Source: Patescibacteria group bacterium (GTDB lineage Bacteria > Patescibacteriota > Gracilibacteria > BD1-5 > UBA2023). Taken from it: 63,022 bases of DNA. The notes under the pieces were generated by a model. It searched no databases, was not told the origin of the DNA, and saw only the letters and a program-made list of their open reading frames with translations. Location: positions 1-63,022 of the forward strand of contig JAVKLK010000033.1 in NCBI GenBank assembly GCA_031539165.1, read 5' to 3'. Below are positions 1-11,253 of the stretch, piece by piece. Numbering within the stretch: position 1 is the first letter of the stretch; every line of letters starts with the position of its first letter. Made by a program: the position numbers and the translations under genes.

Positions 1-44
1 AGGAAGAAGGAAGAGTTTTGTTTTAGAACACTCCTATTGTATCA

Positions 45-59
45 CCCCCCCCCCCCCCC
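45..59. repeat. homopolymeric C15 tract
   Basis: 15 consecutive C at 45-59, followed by gtcaaggggg. Lies ~90 nt upstream of the first CDS. Confidence 0.9.
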
Positions 60-147
60 GTCAAGGGGGAGAATAATGAAAACAGATTGTATTTTCTTTT
101 AGTAGCACTATTTTTAGAATTGTTTCCTCTACTTCTTTTTCATTGCC

Positions 148-1506
148 ATGTCTCCCAATCTTTCTCTTCTCTCCCGATCATACGACCTCCGAGGCGTCTA
201 TGGCTCAGAAATCGACGAATCATTTTTTGAAAATATTGGGAAAGCTCTCGGAACTTGGGGGCCAGAAGGGAAAATTGTTGTCGGAGGTGATGCTCGGCTT
301 TCTACCCCTTCTCTCAAAAAAGCACTTTCAGATGGACTACGATCTGTTGGAAGAGATGTGATTGATTTGGGCATTATATCAAGTGATATGCTTCAATATG
401 CAACCATTGCTTACGCCGAAGAGATTGCCCTGGGAGTTATGGTAACAGCAAGTCATAACCCAAAAGAATACAATGGCTTTAAAGCATGCCTAAAAAATGC
501 GCGCGCCATAAATCTCAAAGAAATTGGCTGAATTCTTGCAAAGAGTATAGAAACCGCTTCTTGGTTATCACCAAAAGGTCTCGGCTCACTCGAACAACGC
601 AATCTTCTCCCTCTTTGGATTGAGCGAATTTCATCATTTCTCATGTCTGACGTGAGTCATCTCAAAGTTGTTGCAGATGCAGGAAATGGAACAGCTGGAG
701 TATTTATGGAGGCCCTCGCTCATAAGCTCGGCTTTGAACTCATTCCCCTCTATTTTGAACCAGACGGGAATTTCCCCAACCATCATCCATCGCCAATCGA
801 ATCAAAAAACATGCAAGACCTTATTCAGAAGGTTCAGGAAGTCGGAGCTGATATCGGAGTAGCGTTTGATGGAGATGCTGACCGTGCCGTACTCTGCGAT
901 GGAAGTGGAAGCATTATTGGCGCATCCATTACCATGGCTGCCATCGCAGAACTGTTCCTCCTCGAAAACCCAGGAAAAACGATTATCTACAATACTGTTA
1001 CAAGTCGCATCGTTCCAGATACGGTTGCCCAGCTTGGAGGGAAATCCATTCGGGAAAAAGTTGGCCACGTGTATATAAAAGATCGAATGTCTCAAAATTC
1101 GGATGTTGTTTTTGCTGGAGAACATTCCAGTCACTACTTCTTCCCAAGTCTTTGAAATATGGACTCTGGAGTGATTGCTTTTCTTCTCTTTCTCGAATAC
1201 ATGGGGCAATTCGAGTGCAGTGCTCAAGCAGTCCGAGAAAAATTTACAAAATATTCTGCCATAGAAGAAACGAATTTCCGAGTGCGAAATGTTGCGGAAG
1301 TATTGAATTTCCTTTCGGATAGATACAAAGATGGCTATCAAGAACACCAAGATGGAATGTTTGTATCGTATGAGGATTGGTGGTTCAGTGTGCGTCCAAG
1401 TTCTGGAGAACCACTCATCCGTGTTAATATAGAAGCAACGAGTTCGGAGCTTCTTCGAGAGAAAGCGGAAGAAATTCTCTCGCAAATTCCTCAATTTCAC
1501 GTATAA
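148..1506 (+). CDS. phosphoglucomutase/phosphomannomutase family protein (alpha-D-phosphohexomutase)
   Basis: Track ORFs 148-531, 643-1155 and 1159-1506 share one frame, joined by in-frame TGA at 532-534 and 1156-1158 with no TAA/TAG between. Active site TASHNP, Mg site FDGDADR, sugar-binding GEHSSH. Confidence 0.9.
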
Positions 1507-1530
1507 CATCCTGAGTTATCCTTCCAAAAC

Positions 1531-2307
1531 GTGAATCTTTCTCTTGAAGCACTCCTCGCAGAAAATGCCGACCTCAAGCGCAAACTTGAGGTGAGTCGTC
1601 GTTGGATGGAACGAGAGGTCCGAGAAAGTGCCCACAAAATTGCGGCAAAGCGAGTAGGGAAAATGAGTATTGGCGCGAGAGATTCTTTTCTCGAAGAAAA
1701 CCAAGAAGAAATCATTGCGAATCGTATCCGATCCTATTTTGGAGAGCTTCTCTTGCTTAATGCTCCCAAAAATACTGTAGAACATCTCGTCGATTCAGAG
1801 ATTAGTTATTTTTCTCTCTCCAAGCTCTCTTCTGGGGATGGCATAGGAGTAGTGAGTTCCTATACTAAGATTCTCGATAGCCTCATAGAATCAGCTATTA
1901 CCAATCAATTCCGAAAGTTCGTATCCAAACAAGGACCCGTGATTCTTCGTTCAAATGATCCTCTAGAAAAAGCACTTCACCTCGTTATCACCAAGAAGTA
2001 CACGCTTTCCACCGGTCGTCTCTACGGACTCTTGAAGGCTATCAAAAAAAATGAACCCCTTTTAGAGTTTGGAAAGTGTTTTGCTCGATATCTAGAAAAA
2101 TATCCGAGTCTTGGAGGTTTTCTCCTCTCTGATGCTTTTTTTGTTCCCTACTCAAATCTTATTGAGGGGGAAGTATTCGGGGGGAAAAGACATACAGGAA
2201 AAATATCCAAAGAAGAAACGGAATCGGTTCGAGAACTTCTGGTTGGATGATTCAAAAATAAAGACGGTCTTCTCTATCAGTTTCTGAGTCAGATGAGCGT
2301 CATATAA
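1531..2307 (+). CDS. hypothetical protein
   Basis: Track ORF 1531-2250 (GTG start) reads through TGA 2248-2250 to TAA 2305-2307. No motif recognised. Confidence 0.5.
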
Positions 2308-2457
2308 CTAGAGCACTTCCTTTAGTTCTTCCAGCTCATCTTGGGTAAAATAGGCAAGTATGTTCATAAACTGCTCTTGCTGACGAACTGGCATATCGGA
2401 TGCGCGGATTTTTGTTTCGATAGGTACTTCAACAAGAACCTCTGTTACAGAGAACAT
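2308..2457 (-). CDS. small hypothetical protein (49 aa)
   Basis: ATG (rc of 2455-2457) to TAG (rc of 2308-2310): MFSVTEVLVEVPIETKIRASDMPVRQQEQFMNILAYFTQDELEELKEVL. Supported only by being an open frame. Confidence 0.2.
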   Translation of the reverse strand: MFSVTEVLVEVPIETKIRASDMPVRQQEQFMNILAYFTQDELEELKEVL

Positions 2458-2578
2458 GATTTATTTTGATTTTTGTATAGAGTTGAGCGTGCTGAGTATT
2501 CAGCAAAGGAAAACAAATATTTTTGAGGAAACTCTCGAATATCTGTCGATGAATTTATTAAAACACAAACAATAATAT

Positions 2579-3067
2579 ATGTCAATAATTCTCTGAATCG
2601 ATCCGGGAACCACTACTGTTTGATACGCGGTAATCCGATTGGAGTGAAGAAAACGCTCGATTGTCGATATCGGAGTAATTCACACACCCCCAAAGGCAGA
2701 TCTTTCATTGAAACTTCTTGACATTGGAGCGGATATCGAGTCGCTCGTTCGAACCCATTCCCCGGAAATATGCTGAGTGGAGCGATTATTTTTTGGGACA
2801 AACATAACAACAGCTATTGATGTGGCTCATGGACGCTGAGTTATTCTTCATACTCTCACACGACTTTGAATCCCCCTTCGGGAACTCAATCCAATGGAAG
2901 TAAAAAAAGGCATCTGTGGGAATGGGAGAGCCCCAAAAACCCAAGTCCAAAATGCTCTCAAGCTCCTTTTTGCACTCGATACCATACCAAAACCCGATGA
3001 TGCGGCAGACGCGCTCGCAATTGCCTATATTACCAGCCTCTCCCTCGAAATTCACTGATTGTCCTAG
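2579..3067 (+). CDS. ruvC: crossover junction endodeoxyribonuclease RuvC
   Basis: Appears only when TGA=Gly: MSIILGIDPGTTTVGYAVI... with TGA at 2594-2596 and 2621-2623 on conserved glycines. C-terminal PDDAADALAIAY motif. Ends TAG 3065-3067. Confidence 0.9.
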
Positions 3068-3133
3068 CTTGAATTTTGCGAACTATTCCTATACTGGAGG
3101 CCTTACACTATTTTACGGCTGAACTTTTCTTTT

Positions 3134-4936
3134 ATGCATATCACCTCAGATTCCATTCGAACCAAGTATCTCGAATTTTTTGGAACAAAAGCGCACGCCG
3201 TCATCCCTTCTGCTCCACTCATACCAGAAAATGATCCTTCAGTTCTCTTCAATACAGCAGGAATGCAGCCTCTTGTTCCTTACCTTCTTGGAGAAAAACA
3301 TCCTATGGGGAAACGAATTGCTGATGTTCAAAAATGCGTCAGAACCGGGGATATTGACGACGTAGGAGACAACACTCACCTTACATTCTTTGAAATGCTC
3401 GGGAATTGGTCTCTCGGTGATTATTTCAAAAAGGAATCTATTGAATGGTCTTGGGAATTTCTCACTTCCGCAGACTGGCTGGGGCTCGACCCAAAGATGA
3501 TAAGCGTGACTGTGTTTGAAGGGGATGAAAATGCCCCTCGAGACGAAGAATCAGCGACAATATGGAAGTCTCTCGGTATGCCAGAAGGACGAATTGCCTA
3601 TCTTCCTGCAGAAGACAACTGGTGGGCAGCAGGACCGACTGGGCCTTGCGGACCAGATACTGAAATTTTTTATTGGGTGGGTGAAGGACTCCCTCCGGAA
3701 GGATCAAACAAAGGTACCGATAGTGCCAATTGGATGGAGATATGGAACAATGTGTTCATGCAATACAACAGAATTGATGCCACAACACTTACTCCACTCC
3801 CTGCACCTTGTGTAGACACGGGTATGGGACTTGAACGAATCACCGCAACCCTAAACGGAAAAACAACCGTCTACGATACAGATATATTTGCTGAAGTACT
3901 TGCTTCCATCAAAAATCTCGTTGGAGACCACTATCAAGAAACATCCGCTCGAATCGTTGCGGATCATGTACGAGCTGCAACCCATATGATTGCCGACGGA
4001 GCAACTCCGAAGAATGTGGATCAGGGGTACATCCTTCGACGGCTTATCCGACGAGCTATTCGAGAGTTCTACAAGATGAATTACTCCAAGCCTGCTCTTG
4101 TACAGATTGCTGAGCTCTACATTGCAAAGTTTAGTCCAGTGTACGATTCCATTCGCACTGGAGCACAAAAAGTTCGAGATGAACTCACAAAAGAAGAGGA
4201 GAAGTTTACTCGAACGCTCGAACAAGGGACTCGTGAATTTGAAAAAATTGTTCGAGGAATGCAAGAAGCTGCCCAAAAAACCGGACAAACAATCACCCAT
4301 ATCTCCTGACAGAGAGCCTTTACACTCTTTGATACCTATGGATTCCCTTTTGAAATGACGGCAGAAATGGCGAAGGAGCAGGGATTCACGGTTGATAAAA
4401 CTGGCTTTGAACAAAAATTTGCCGCACACCAAGAACTTTCTCGAACTGCCTCAGCGGGAATGTTTAAGGGAGGGCTCGCCGATCAATCTGAAAAGACTAC
4501 CGCTCTTCACTCCGCTTGTCACCTCATGCTTGCGGGACTCCGAAAGGTGCTTGGAGAACATGTGGCACAAGCAGGATCCAATATCACAGAAGAGCGACTT
4601 CGGTTTGACTTCACCCATCCAGATAAGATGACTCCTGAGCAAATTGCAGAAGTAGAAGCCTATGTAAATGAGGCGATTCAATCTGAACTCACCGTTACGC
4701 TCGGGGAAGAAGCAAAGGAACAGGCAAAAAATCGAGGCGTTTCAGGGTCTTTCTGGGAAAAATACCCTGATGTCGTCAAGGTATACAAAATGGTTGGTGC
4801 AAACGGAGTTGTCTATTCAGAGGAACTTTGTGGAGGCCCTCATGTAGCAAACTCAAAAGATATGGGGAAATTCCGCATCACCAAGGAAGAATCTTCAAGC
4901 TCTGGAGTTCGAAGAATTAAGGCGGTATTGGAGTAA
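3134..4936 (+). CDS. alaS: alanine--tRNA ligase (short form, ~600 aa)
   Basis: Track ORFs 3134-4309 and 4355-4936 share a frame, joined by TGA 4310-4312 inside ISGQRAFTLFDTYGFPFEMT. Class II catalytic core, then editing-site motifs HSACHLM and CGGPHV. Ends RRIKAVLE with no further domain. Confidence 0.93.
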
Positions 4937-4937
4937 A

Positions 4938-6101
4938 TTACACCTTCAATCTCACCTCCCGTACTTCTTGTGACTTCTCACGAGCGGCTTTTGTTCCAGA
5001 AAGCAGACCGAAACTTATCGTCGAGAGAATCCATGACAGCTCGTAGAGAAGGGGGATTCGGTAAAAAGGGTTTTGACGTACCTGCGCGATTCATGCACAG
5101 GCAGCAACAAGTCCGAATAGGAGAATTGGACTATACGGTCCATACTGCCACATTCCGAGAGCAAAAAGCAGAGTAAGGACAATCCCCTGCTCCACCGCTA
5201 ATACGTGGGGTGATTTCCCCGGGAAAAAATATTGAGGAAGGAAAAGAATATTCAATCCAGGAATATAGATGAGATATGGCGAAAGTGGGCTCGCAGAATC
5301 GGTGAAATACTTCTTAAGCCTTGCGTCAAGCTGGGCTTGTGAGTCCGACACCTGTTGAAGTATGTGGGAAAAGTTCAGATGATGCTGTTTATTAAAGGAA
5401 ACTTTAAGCACTTGCCAAAGGTATTGAGGAATTGTTTGAACAAAAGCCATCACATCATGCCCAGATGGTAAAACAGTGGCAAATCAGAGAAAATGAGGGG
5501 TTTTCCCCATCAAAAGAAATACTGCCGTACTCACAAACAAAAACACATATCCAAATAGCAAGACCAGCGCTACGTTATCCCCCTGGAGAAAGCTGATGAC
5601 TGCTATAAAAATTAGGATAAACCATGTACTGGTACGACATCATACGTCAGCAAAAGCATGCTGCTTTGTGGTGAACAAAGAAAATACTGGGATAAATGCG
5701 GTTATAATTTGAACTCTCTCATATTCTTGGAGCCCTTGAACATCAATGGAATCCTTTTCCATAAGCCATGAGTACTGACTCGATGCCTCTTGTCCATGAA
5801 GAGCTCGATAGGCAGAGATAAGAATTGCAAGAAGGTATGCTCCATAAGCTCCGAGAAGCACAAGCCGATCGAGCGAGAGAGAAAGAGCAGGAATCACAAA
5901 GGTTAAAAGATCCGAAAGGAACCAATGATGCACAAAAAGAAATATCCCCGCCAAGGCAAGCAGTCGAACCGCATGCTTGGCATGATTTCGAACAAACGGA
6001 TGGGAAAGGTTTGGATTGTGTCTGGCAAGCAGAAACAGCGGAGCAAGGAAGAAATAGCTTATTGCCGCGTTAACTCGGTCTTTTTGAGAATTGGTGTTCA
6101 T
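4938..6101 (-). CDS. polytopic membrane protein, DUF4870/Tic20-like N-terminus
   Basis: Track ORFs 5640-6101 and 5091-5453 are joined in frame through TGA codons at 5640-5642, 5484-5486 and 5091-5093, down to TAA (rc 4938-4940). Multiple hydrophobic segments. N-terminal AAISYFFLAPLFLLA...FVRNHAKHA resembles DUF4870. Confidence 0.6.
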
Positions 6102-6180
6102 GGAAGTAGTTTATCATAGAATTTCAAAAAAATCACCAAACACTGCTTGAGTTTTGATGATTTCATGTTGGAATTATTTT

Positions 6181-6255
6181 TGGTTGCGGAGGTTCGAATC
6201 GAACGAACGACCTCCAGGTTATGAGCCTGGCGAGCTACCACTGCTCTACTCCGCG
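6181..6255 (-). tRNA. initiator tRNA-fMet (anticodon CAT)
   Basis: Reverse complement is CGCGGAGTAGAGCAGTGGTAGCTCGCCAGGCTCATAACCTGGAGGTCGTTCGTTCGATTCGAACCTCCGCAACCA. It folds as a cloverleaf with a C1:A72 mismatch typical of bacterial initiators, a CTCATAA anticodon loop and an encoded CCA. Confidence 0.9.
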
Positions 6256-6338
6256 GAATACATACTAAGCCTTGCAAGAATCCAAAATCAAGGAAGGCGC
6301 AGACATTATGGAGATAAGTCCAAAAACTGCAAAAGATT

Positions 6339-6413
6339 TGGTGCCAATGAGTGGAGTCGAACCACCGACCGCAGGGGTATGAATCCTGTGCTCTACCGCT
6401 GAGCTACATTGGC
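6339..6413 (-). tRNA. tRNA with CAT anticodon (elongator Met, or Ile2 if lysidine-modified)
   Basis: Reverse complement is GCCAATGTAGCTCAGCGGTAGAGCACAGGATTCATACCCCTGCGGTCGGTGGTTCGACTCCACTCATTGGCACCA. Paired 1:72, anticodon loop TTCATAC, encoded CCA. Confidence 0.85.
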
Positions 6414-6526
6414 AAGTGCGCAGAAGAGTATACAAAAGATTTCAAGAGTCAATTTTTCATTGACTTCTCATCGCTTTACCCTATCATTCGCGCGTCTTTT
6501 TTGGACCTTCTTTTTTTATTCTATTT

Positions 6527-8671
6527 ATGGCCATCGCGACCGACCTAAAAAATATCCGAAATTTCGGTATTTGTGCGCATATCGACGCAGGAAAAACAAC
6601 TACTTCAGAACGTATTCTCTTCTACTCAGGAAAATCCCACAAAATTGGTGAGGTTCATGATGGAGCGGCGACTATGGACTGGATGGAGCAAGAAAAAGAG
6701 CGTGGTATTACCATCACCTCTGCAGCCACTACAACAAGCTGGAAGGGTACTCAGCTCAATCTTATTGATACCCCAGGTCACGTTGACTTCACTATTGAAG
6801 TAGAGCGATCTATGCGTGTTCTAGACGGAGCAGTTGCGGTATTCGATGCTTCTCAGGGAGTTGAGCCACAATCAGAAACCGTTTGGAAACAAGCAGATAA
6901 GTACGGAGTACCTCGAATTGCCTTCGCAAACAAGATGGACAAGACAGGAGCTTCATTCCAAATGACTCTTGATTCTATCAAGGAGCGTCTTACTGGACCA
7001 AATAAAATTCTTCCAATTCAACTTCCTATTGGAGAAGAAAGCGATTTCACGGGTATTATCGACTGTGTAGAAAAGAAGGCATACACATTCGAAGGGAAAA
7101 TGGGAGAAAATGTTATTGAAATTGCTATACCAGACTCTCTCAAGGCAAAAGTTGATGAGATGCACGCGGCAATCGTAGAAAAAGCAGCGGAGCAGAGCGA
7201 GGAGCTCATGAACAAGTTCTTTGATGCTGGGACACTCACTGTTACAGAAATCAAGCAAGGACTTCGAAAGGGGGTTGTCTCTGACTCTATCTACCTGTTG
7301 ATGTGTGGTTCATCTCTCATGAATAAGGGAGTTCAGCTCATTCTCGATGCAGTAGTTGACTACCTTCCTTCTCCAAACGACGTAAATGAAGGAACCATCA
7401 GTGGACTTGATGCAAACGATGAGTCAAAGACTCTCACATTCAGACAGGAAGCAAGCGAGCCTCTTTCTGCTCTCGCCTTCAAGATCATGACGGATCCATT
7501 TGTAGGACGAATCACCTTTGTTCGTGTGTACTCAGGAACACTCAAGTCAGGAAGCTACGTTCTCAATCCAATTAGCGGACAAAAAGAGCGAATTGGACGA
7601 CTTCTCCAGATGCACGCAAATCAGCGTCAAGAAATCGATGAAATTCCAGCAGGAAACATCGGTGCGGTTATTGGACTCAAGGATACAAAGACAGGAGACA
7701 CTCTGTGTGAAGAGACAAAGGCAGTTATTCTTGAGCGAATGGAATTCCCAGAGCCAGTTATCTCTATCGCGGTAGAGCCAAAAACAAAGGCAGACCAAGA
7801 AAAAATGGGAATGGCCCTGAATAAGCTTGCAGAAGAAGATCCTTCATTCCGAGTTTCTACGAATTCAGAAACTGGTCAGACTATCATGGCAGGAATGGGA
7901 GAACTTCACCTTGAAATTCTCGTAGATCGAATGAAGCGTGAGTTCAAAGTAGAAGCAAACGTTGGAGCACCTCAGGTTGCCTACCGAGAAACTATTACTC
8001 AGGCAGTAAAAGATCAACAAGGAGTTCACAAGAAGCAATCTGGAGGACGAGGACAGTTCGGAGACGTTACTATTACTTTTGAGCCAATCACTCCAGAAGA
8101 ACGACGAGCAGATCCAGAAGGACTTGCTGAAGAGAATGTATTCGTGAATAAGATTGTCGGAGGAGTGGTTCCACGAGAATTCATTCCTGGTATCGAAAAG
8201 GGTCTTAAGAAAGCATACTCTCGAGGAATTATTGCTGGATATCCTATCGTTGACGTAAAGGCAACTCTTACTTTTGGTAGCTACCACGATGTTGACTCAA
8301 ATGAGCTTTCATTCCAACTCGCAGCAATCAAGGCATTCCGAAATGCTGCTGCTAAGGCAAAACCAGCACTTCTTGAGCCTATCATGAAGGTTGAGGTAAA
8401 TACTCCAGAAGAATACATGGGAGATGTTCTCGGAAATTTGAACTCAAAGCGAGGACAGATTACTGAGATGACCGAGCGAGGAATGGCAAAAATCCTTCGA
8501 GCGTTTGTTCCACTTTCTGAAATGTTCGGATACTCTACTGATCTGAGATCTATGTCTCAAGGACGAGCAACCTATGTTATGGAGTTCTCTCACTATAACC
8601 AGGTTCCTTCAAACATCACTGAGAAAATCCGAGCAGAGCGAGGAGTGAAGTTTGAAGAAGACGAAGAGTAG
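6527..8671 (+). CDS. fusA: elongation factor G
   Basis: Uninterrupted 714 aa ORF. G1 [10 protein letters not shown]3 [12 protein letters not shown], and full EF-G domains III-V. Contains no TGA. Confidence 0.98.
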   Translation: MAIATDLKNIRNFGICAHIDAGKTTTSERILFYSGKSHKIGEVHDGAATMDWMEQEKERGITITSAATTTSWKGTQLNLIDTPGHVDFTIEVERSMRVLDGAVAVFDASQGVEPQSETVWKQADKYGVPRIAFANKMDKTGASFQMTLDSIKERLTGPNKILPIQLPIGEESDFTGIIDCVEKKAYTFEGKMGENVIEIAIPDSLKAKVDEMHAAIVEKAAEQSEELMNKFFDAGTLTVTEIKQGLRKGVVSDSIYLLMCGSSLMNKGVQLILDAVVDYLPSPNDVNEGTISGLDANDESKTLTFRQEASEPLSALAFKIMTDPFVGRITFVRVYSGTLKSGSYVLNPISGQKERIGRLLQMHANQRQEIDEIPAGNIGAVIGLKDTKTGDTLCEETKAVILERMEFPEPVISIAVEPKTKADQEKMGMALNKLAEEDPSFRVSTNSETGQTIMAGMGELHLEILVDRMKREFKVEANVGAPQVAYRETITQAVKDQQGVHKKQSGGRGQFGDVTITFEPITPEERRADPEGLAEENVFVNKIVGGVVPREFIPGIEKGLKKAYSRGIIAGYPIVDVKATLTFGSYHDVDSNELSFQLAAIKAFRNAAAKAKPALLEPIMKVEVNTPEEYMGDVLGNLNSKRGQITEMTERGMAKILRAFVPLSEMFGYSTDLRSMSQGRATYVMEFSHYNQVPSNITEKIRAERGVKFEEDEE

Positions 8672-8696
8672 ACAATTTCCTCTCCTGTGAAGTAAT

Positions 8697-8719
8697 AAAG
8701 CCCGGCATTGCCGGGCTTT
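8697..8719 (+). terminator. rho-independent terminator after fusA
   Basis: Hairpin AAAGCCCGGC-ATT-GCCGGGCTTT followed by a T-rich run, 26 nt after the fusA stop. Confidence 0.7.
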
Positions 8720-8800
8720 ATTACGCTTCAGTGGAATTTTCTTAGAAAGATATATACTGGATTCAGGTTAAGCCTTCTTTTAAAAAAAATTAAATTCCCC

Positions 8801-9445
8801 ATGATAATTTACTCTGATTTCTCTAAAACCATTACTTGACCACTGGGAGTATCAACATGGTCGAGCGTAGCAAAGAGTTGACTCCTTTGAAGTGAGTATG
8901 CTCAGAAGCGAGACCAGCTCTACGCAGAAAATATTGGTTACGAGCAAGCTGGAAATATTGAGAAAACAAATGCATGGTTTCGAAACCATGCAACACTAAT
9001 GATAGAATACGGATTATCCAAAGTCCATATAGAGCAAATAGTCCGCTCTGAGAATTATCTCCCAAGAGATGGATTTTCCAGTTTTATAGAAAAAATTAGA
9101 GCAAAGCATATACCGCTCATAATTGTAACTTCAGGATTTACCAACTTCATCGAGGCATGGTTTCAGGTACACGGATTCCCAACAGAAAATATCACTCTCT
9201 ATGGGAACACATTTTCTTTTGACCAAAATTGAAAAACAAATGGACTCGTTGGAATATCTCGCACTCCTCTAGATAAGTGGACTGAAGTTCCTCTATCTTC
9301 GGAAGAAAGCATCTATATTGGAGATGGGCATCGAGATTTACCTCCTTCAATTCCCACAAAACACTATACTACATACTGATTCTCAGACTCCGCATTCATG
9401 ATAAACCTCTGAACTGAGGGAAGTTTCCATGATATTCAACTATAA
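8801..9445 (+). CDS. HAD-superfamily hydrolase-like protein (pyrimidine 5'-nucleotidase-like)
   Basis: ATG 8801 runs through six in-frame TGA codons (track fragment 8999-9232) to TAA 9443-9445. Motif I region is IIYSDFSKTIT (DxSxT, not DxDxT). Also IIVTSG and a GDGHRD motif IV-like sequence. Confidence 0.6.
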
Positions 9446-9487
9446 AAACTTTTTATCCTGCCTCCATCACAAACATTTTCCCAAAAT

Positions 9488-9522
9488 AAAATCCCCTTGT
9501 TCTCTATGCTCAGGGGGATTTT
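9488..9522. terminator. hairpin between convergent genes (HAD-like CDS / lysS)
   Basis: AAAATCCCC-(17 nt)-GGGGATTTT with A/T runs on both sides, between two convergent stops. Confidence 0.5.
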
Positions 9523-9536
9523 ATATTTCAAATTAT

Positions 9537-11138
9537 CTACTCTTCACTCGACTTCGGGCGCATCAGAGGAAAAAGCACCACATCTCGGAGATTATTCTGT
9601 TCCGTAAGAAGAGCCACGATTCGATCAATTCCCATCCCCCATCCAGAAATCGGAGGCATTCCGTGCTCCATGGCTCTGACAAACTCAGCATCTCCTGTCA
9701 TGGCCTCCTCATCTCCAGAAGCAGCCGCTGCCTCTCCTTGAACAAAGCGCTCTGCCTGATCAATCGGATCCACGAGCTCGGAGTAGGAATTCACCAACTC
9801 CCATCCATTGATAACCAACTGGAAGGCATCCGCTTGATTTGTATGAGTATCATTTCTTCGGGCAAACGGCTTCAATATGATTGGATAATTATACAAGAAA
9901 GTCGGATTGATAATCTTTGGACGAGACATTTTCTTGTATAAGTAGTCAATGAGCGTGGTGAGTCCCATCTGGTCCATTCCTTCTATAACAATCCCTTTCG
10001 ATCGTATATCAGCACGCAAAGATTCTACCTCGGTGTACACAGATACATCAATTCCGGTATCCTTTTTTACAAGCTCGATATAGTCAAGCTTTGCCCAAGG
10101 AGTGGTGAAATCCACCGGCACCAACTCATTCGACTTATTCAGAATATTTCTCTTTCGATCAAGACCAAGCGTATCGAAAAGATAGTCAAACATTTTCTCG
10201 GTAAAGGCGATATTGTCTTTGTACGTCCAGTATGATGCGTTATGTTCAAGATGAAGGTGTTCTGGAAGATGAGACGGATCCATGCCTTCATTTCGGAAGG
10301 CTTTTCCAAGCTCAAAAATCTTCTCCATCCCAGCAATATTCATGAGTTTCAGAGGAATTTCATGAGAAATTCTCAGAAACACATCGATATCAAGGGCGTT
10401 CTGATGAGTAATATACGGCCTTGCTGCTGCTCCAGTTGCAGCATTCGTAAGCACCTGTCATTCAATTTCAGTAAATCCTTCTTTCCAGTAAAACTCTCGC
10501 AGTGTCCTGATGAAGTCAGATCGGAAACGGAAGCGTTTCATTGCCGATTCATCCGTTATGAGATCCAAATGACGCTCTCGATACTTCATCTCTTCATCAG
10601 CAATTCCATGAAATTTCTCTGGAAGTGGGCGAAGCGCCTTCCCCAAGAAAGTAAACTCAGAAACGAATACGGTAAGTTCTCCTTTATGAGTACGAAACAA
10701 TTCTCCTTTTACTCCAATAAAATCACCCAAATCAAGGAGTTTTTCCGAAAATTTAAACGCAGAAATTTCATCCTCTCCAGAGCCAACACTCCCAACTGAC
10801 CCATTTGCCGTTGTGATAGAGCAGTTTTCTTTTGAAAACATAATCTGAATTCGCCCTGACTCATCCTGGAGATGAGCAAAAGCAATTTTTCCGAAGGTTC
10901 GATAGAGTACAATTCGTCCAGCAGTGATAGTATCAACCACGGGAGATGCAATTACATCCTCCACTGTCCGGAACTCCCCCGCTCGATTCAAAATAGAGTC
11001 GACGGAGTGTTCTTTGGGGAACGTCTCAGGGTATACTGGCACTCCTAACGTTCGGATTCTCTCAAGTTTTTGGCGGCGAACCTGCATTTCGTCGTTCCCT
11101 GACATATGGCTTTGTAATGAGGAAATAGAAGGACTCAT
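9537..11138 (-). CDS. lysS: lysine--tRNA ligase (class II)
   Basis: Track ORFs 10458-11294 and 9537-10454 share a frame, joined by TGA at 10455-10457. OB-fold region, NAATGAAARPYITHQNALD, LRISHE, and class II motif 3 region GMGIDRIV. Start placed at ATG 11138 (alternative ATG 11105). The track M at 11294 would overlap the divergent gene. Confidence 0.9.
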
Positions 11139-11253
11139 CCTAGCAAATTTTCTAGGAAAGTCAAAAATGAGGTCACCGGGAAATTCTCTGCACTGTATCC
11201 TCTGAGAAAATACTTCCGCTTGCACCAAGGATTCGTTCTGGTACAATCCAAGT

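Noticed and set aside
148-1506. Fragmented conserved genes (here a phosphohexomutase in three pieces; likewise alaS, lysS, uvrB, recA, dnaJ) read as pseudogenes or sequencing frameshifts
   Set aside because: All pieces of each gene are in the same frame. They are separated by exactly one TGA with no TAA/TAG, and the TGA positions coincide with conserved glycines. Recoding explains everything without any indel.
802-1509. 235 aa minus-strand ORF antisense to the phosphohexomutase gene
   Set aside because: It lies entirely within a well-supported plus-strand gene and its product has no recognisable motif. It is a shadow ORF.
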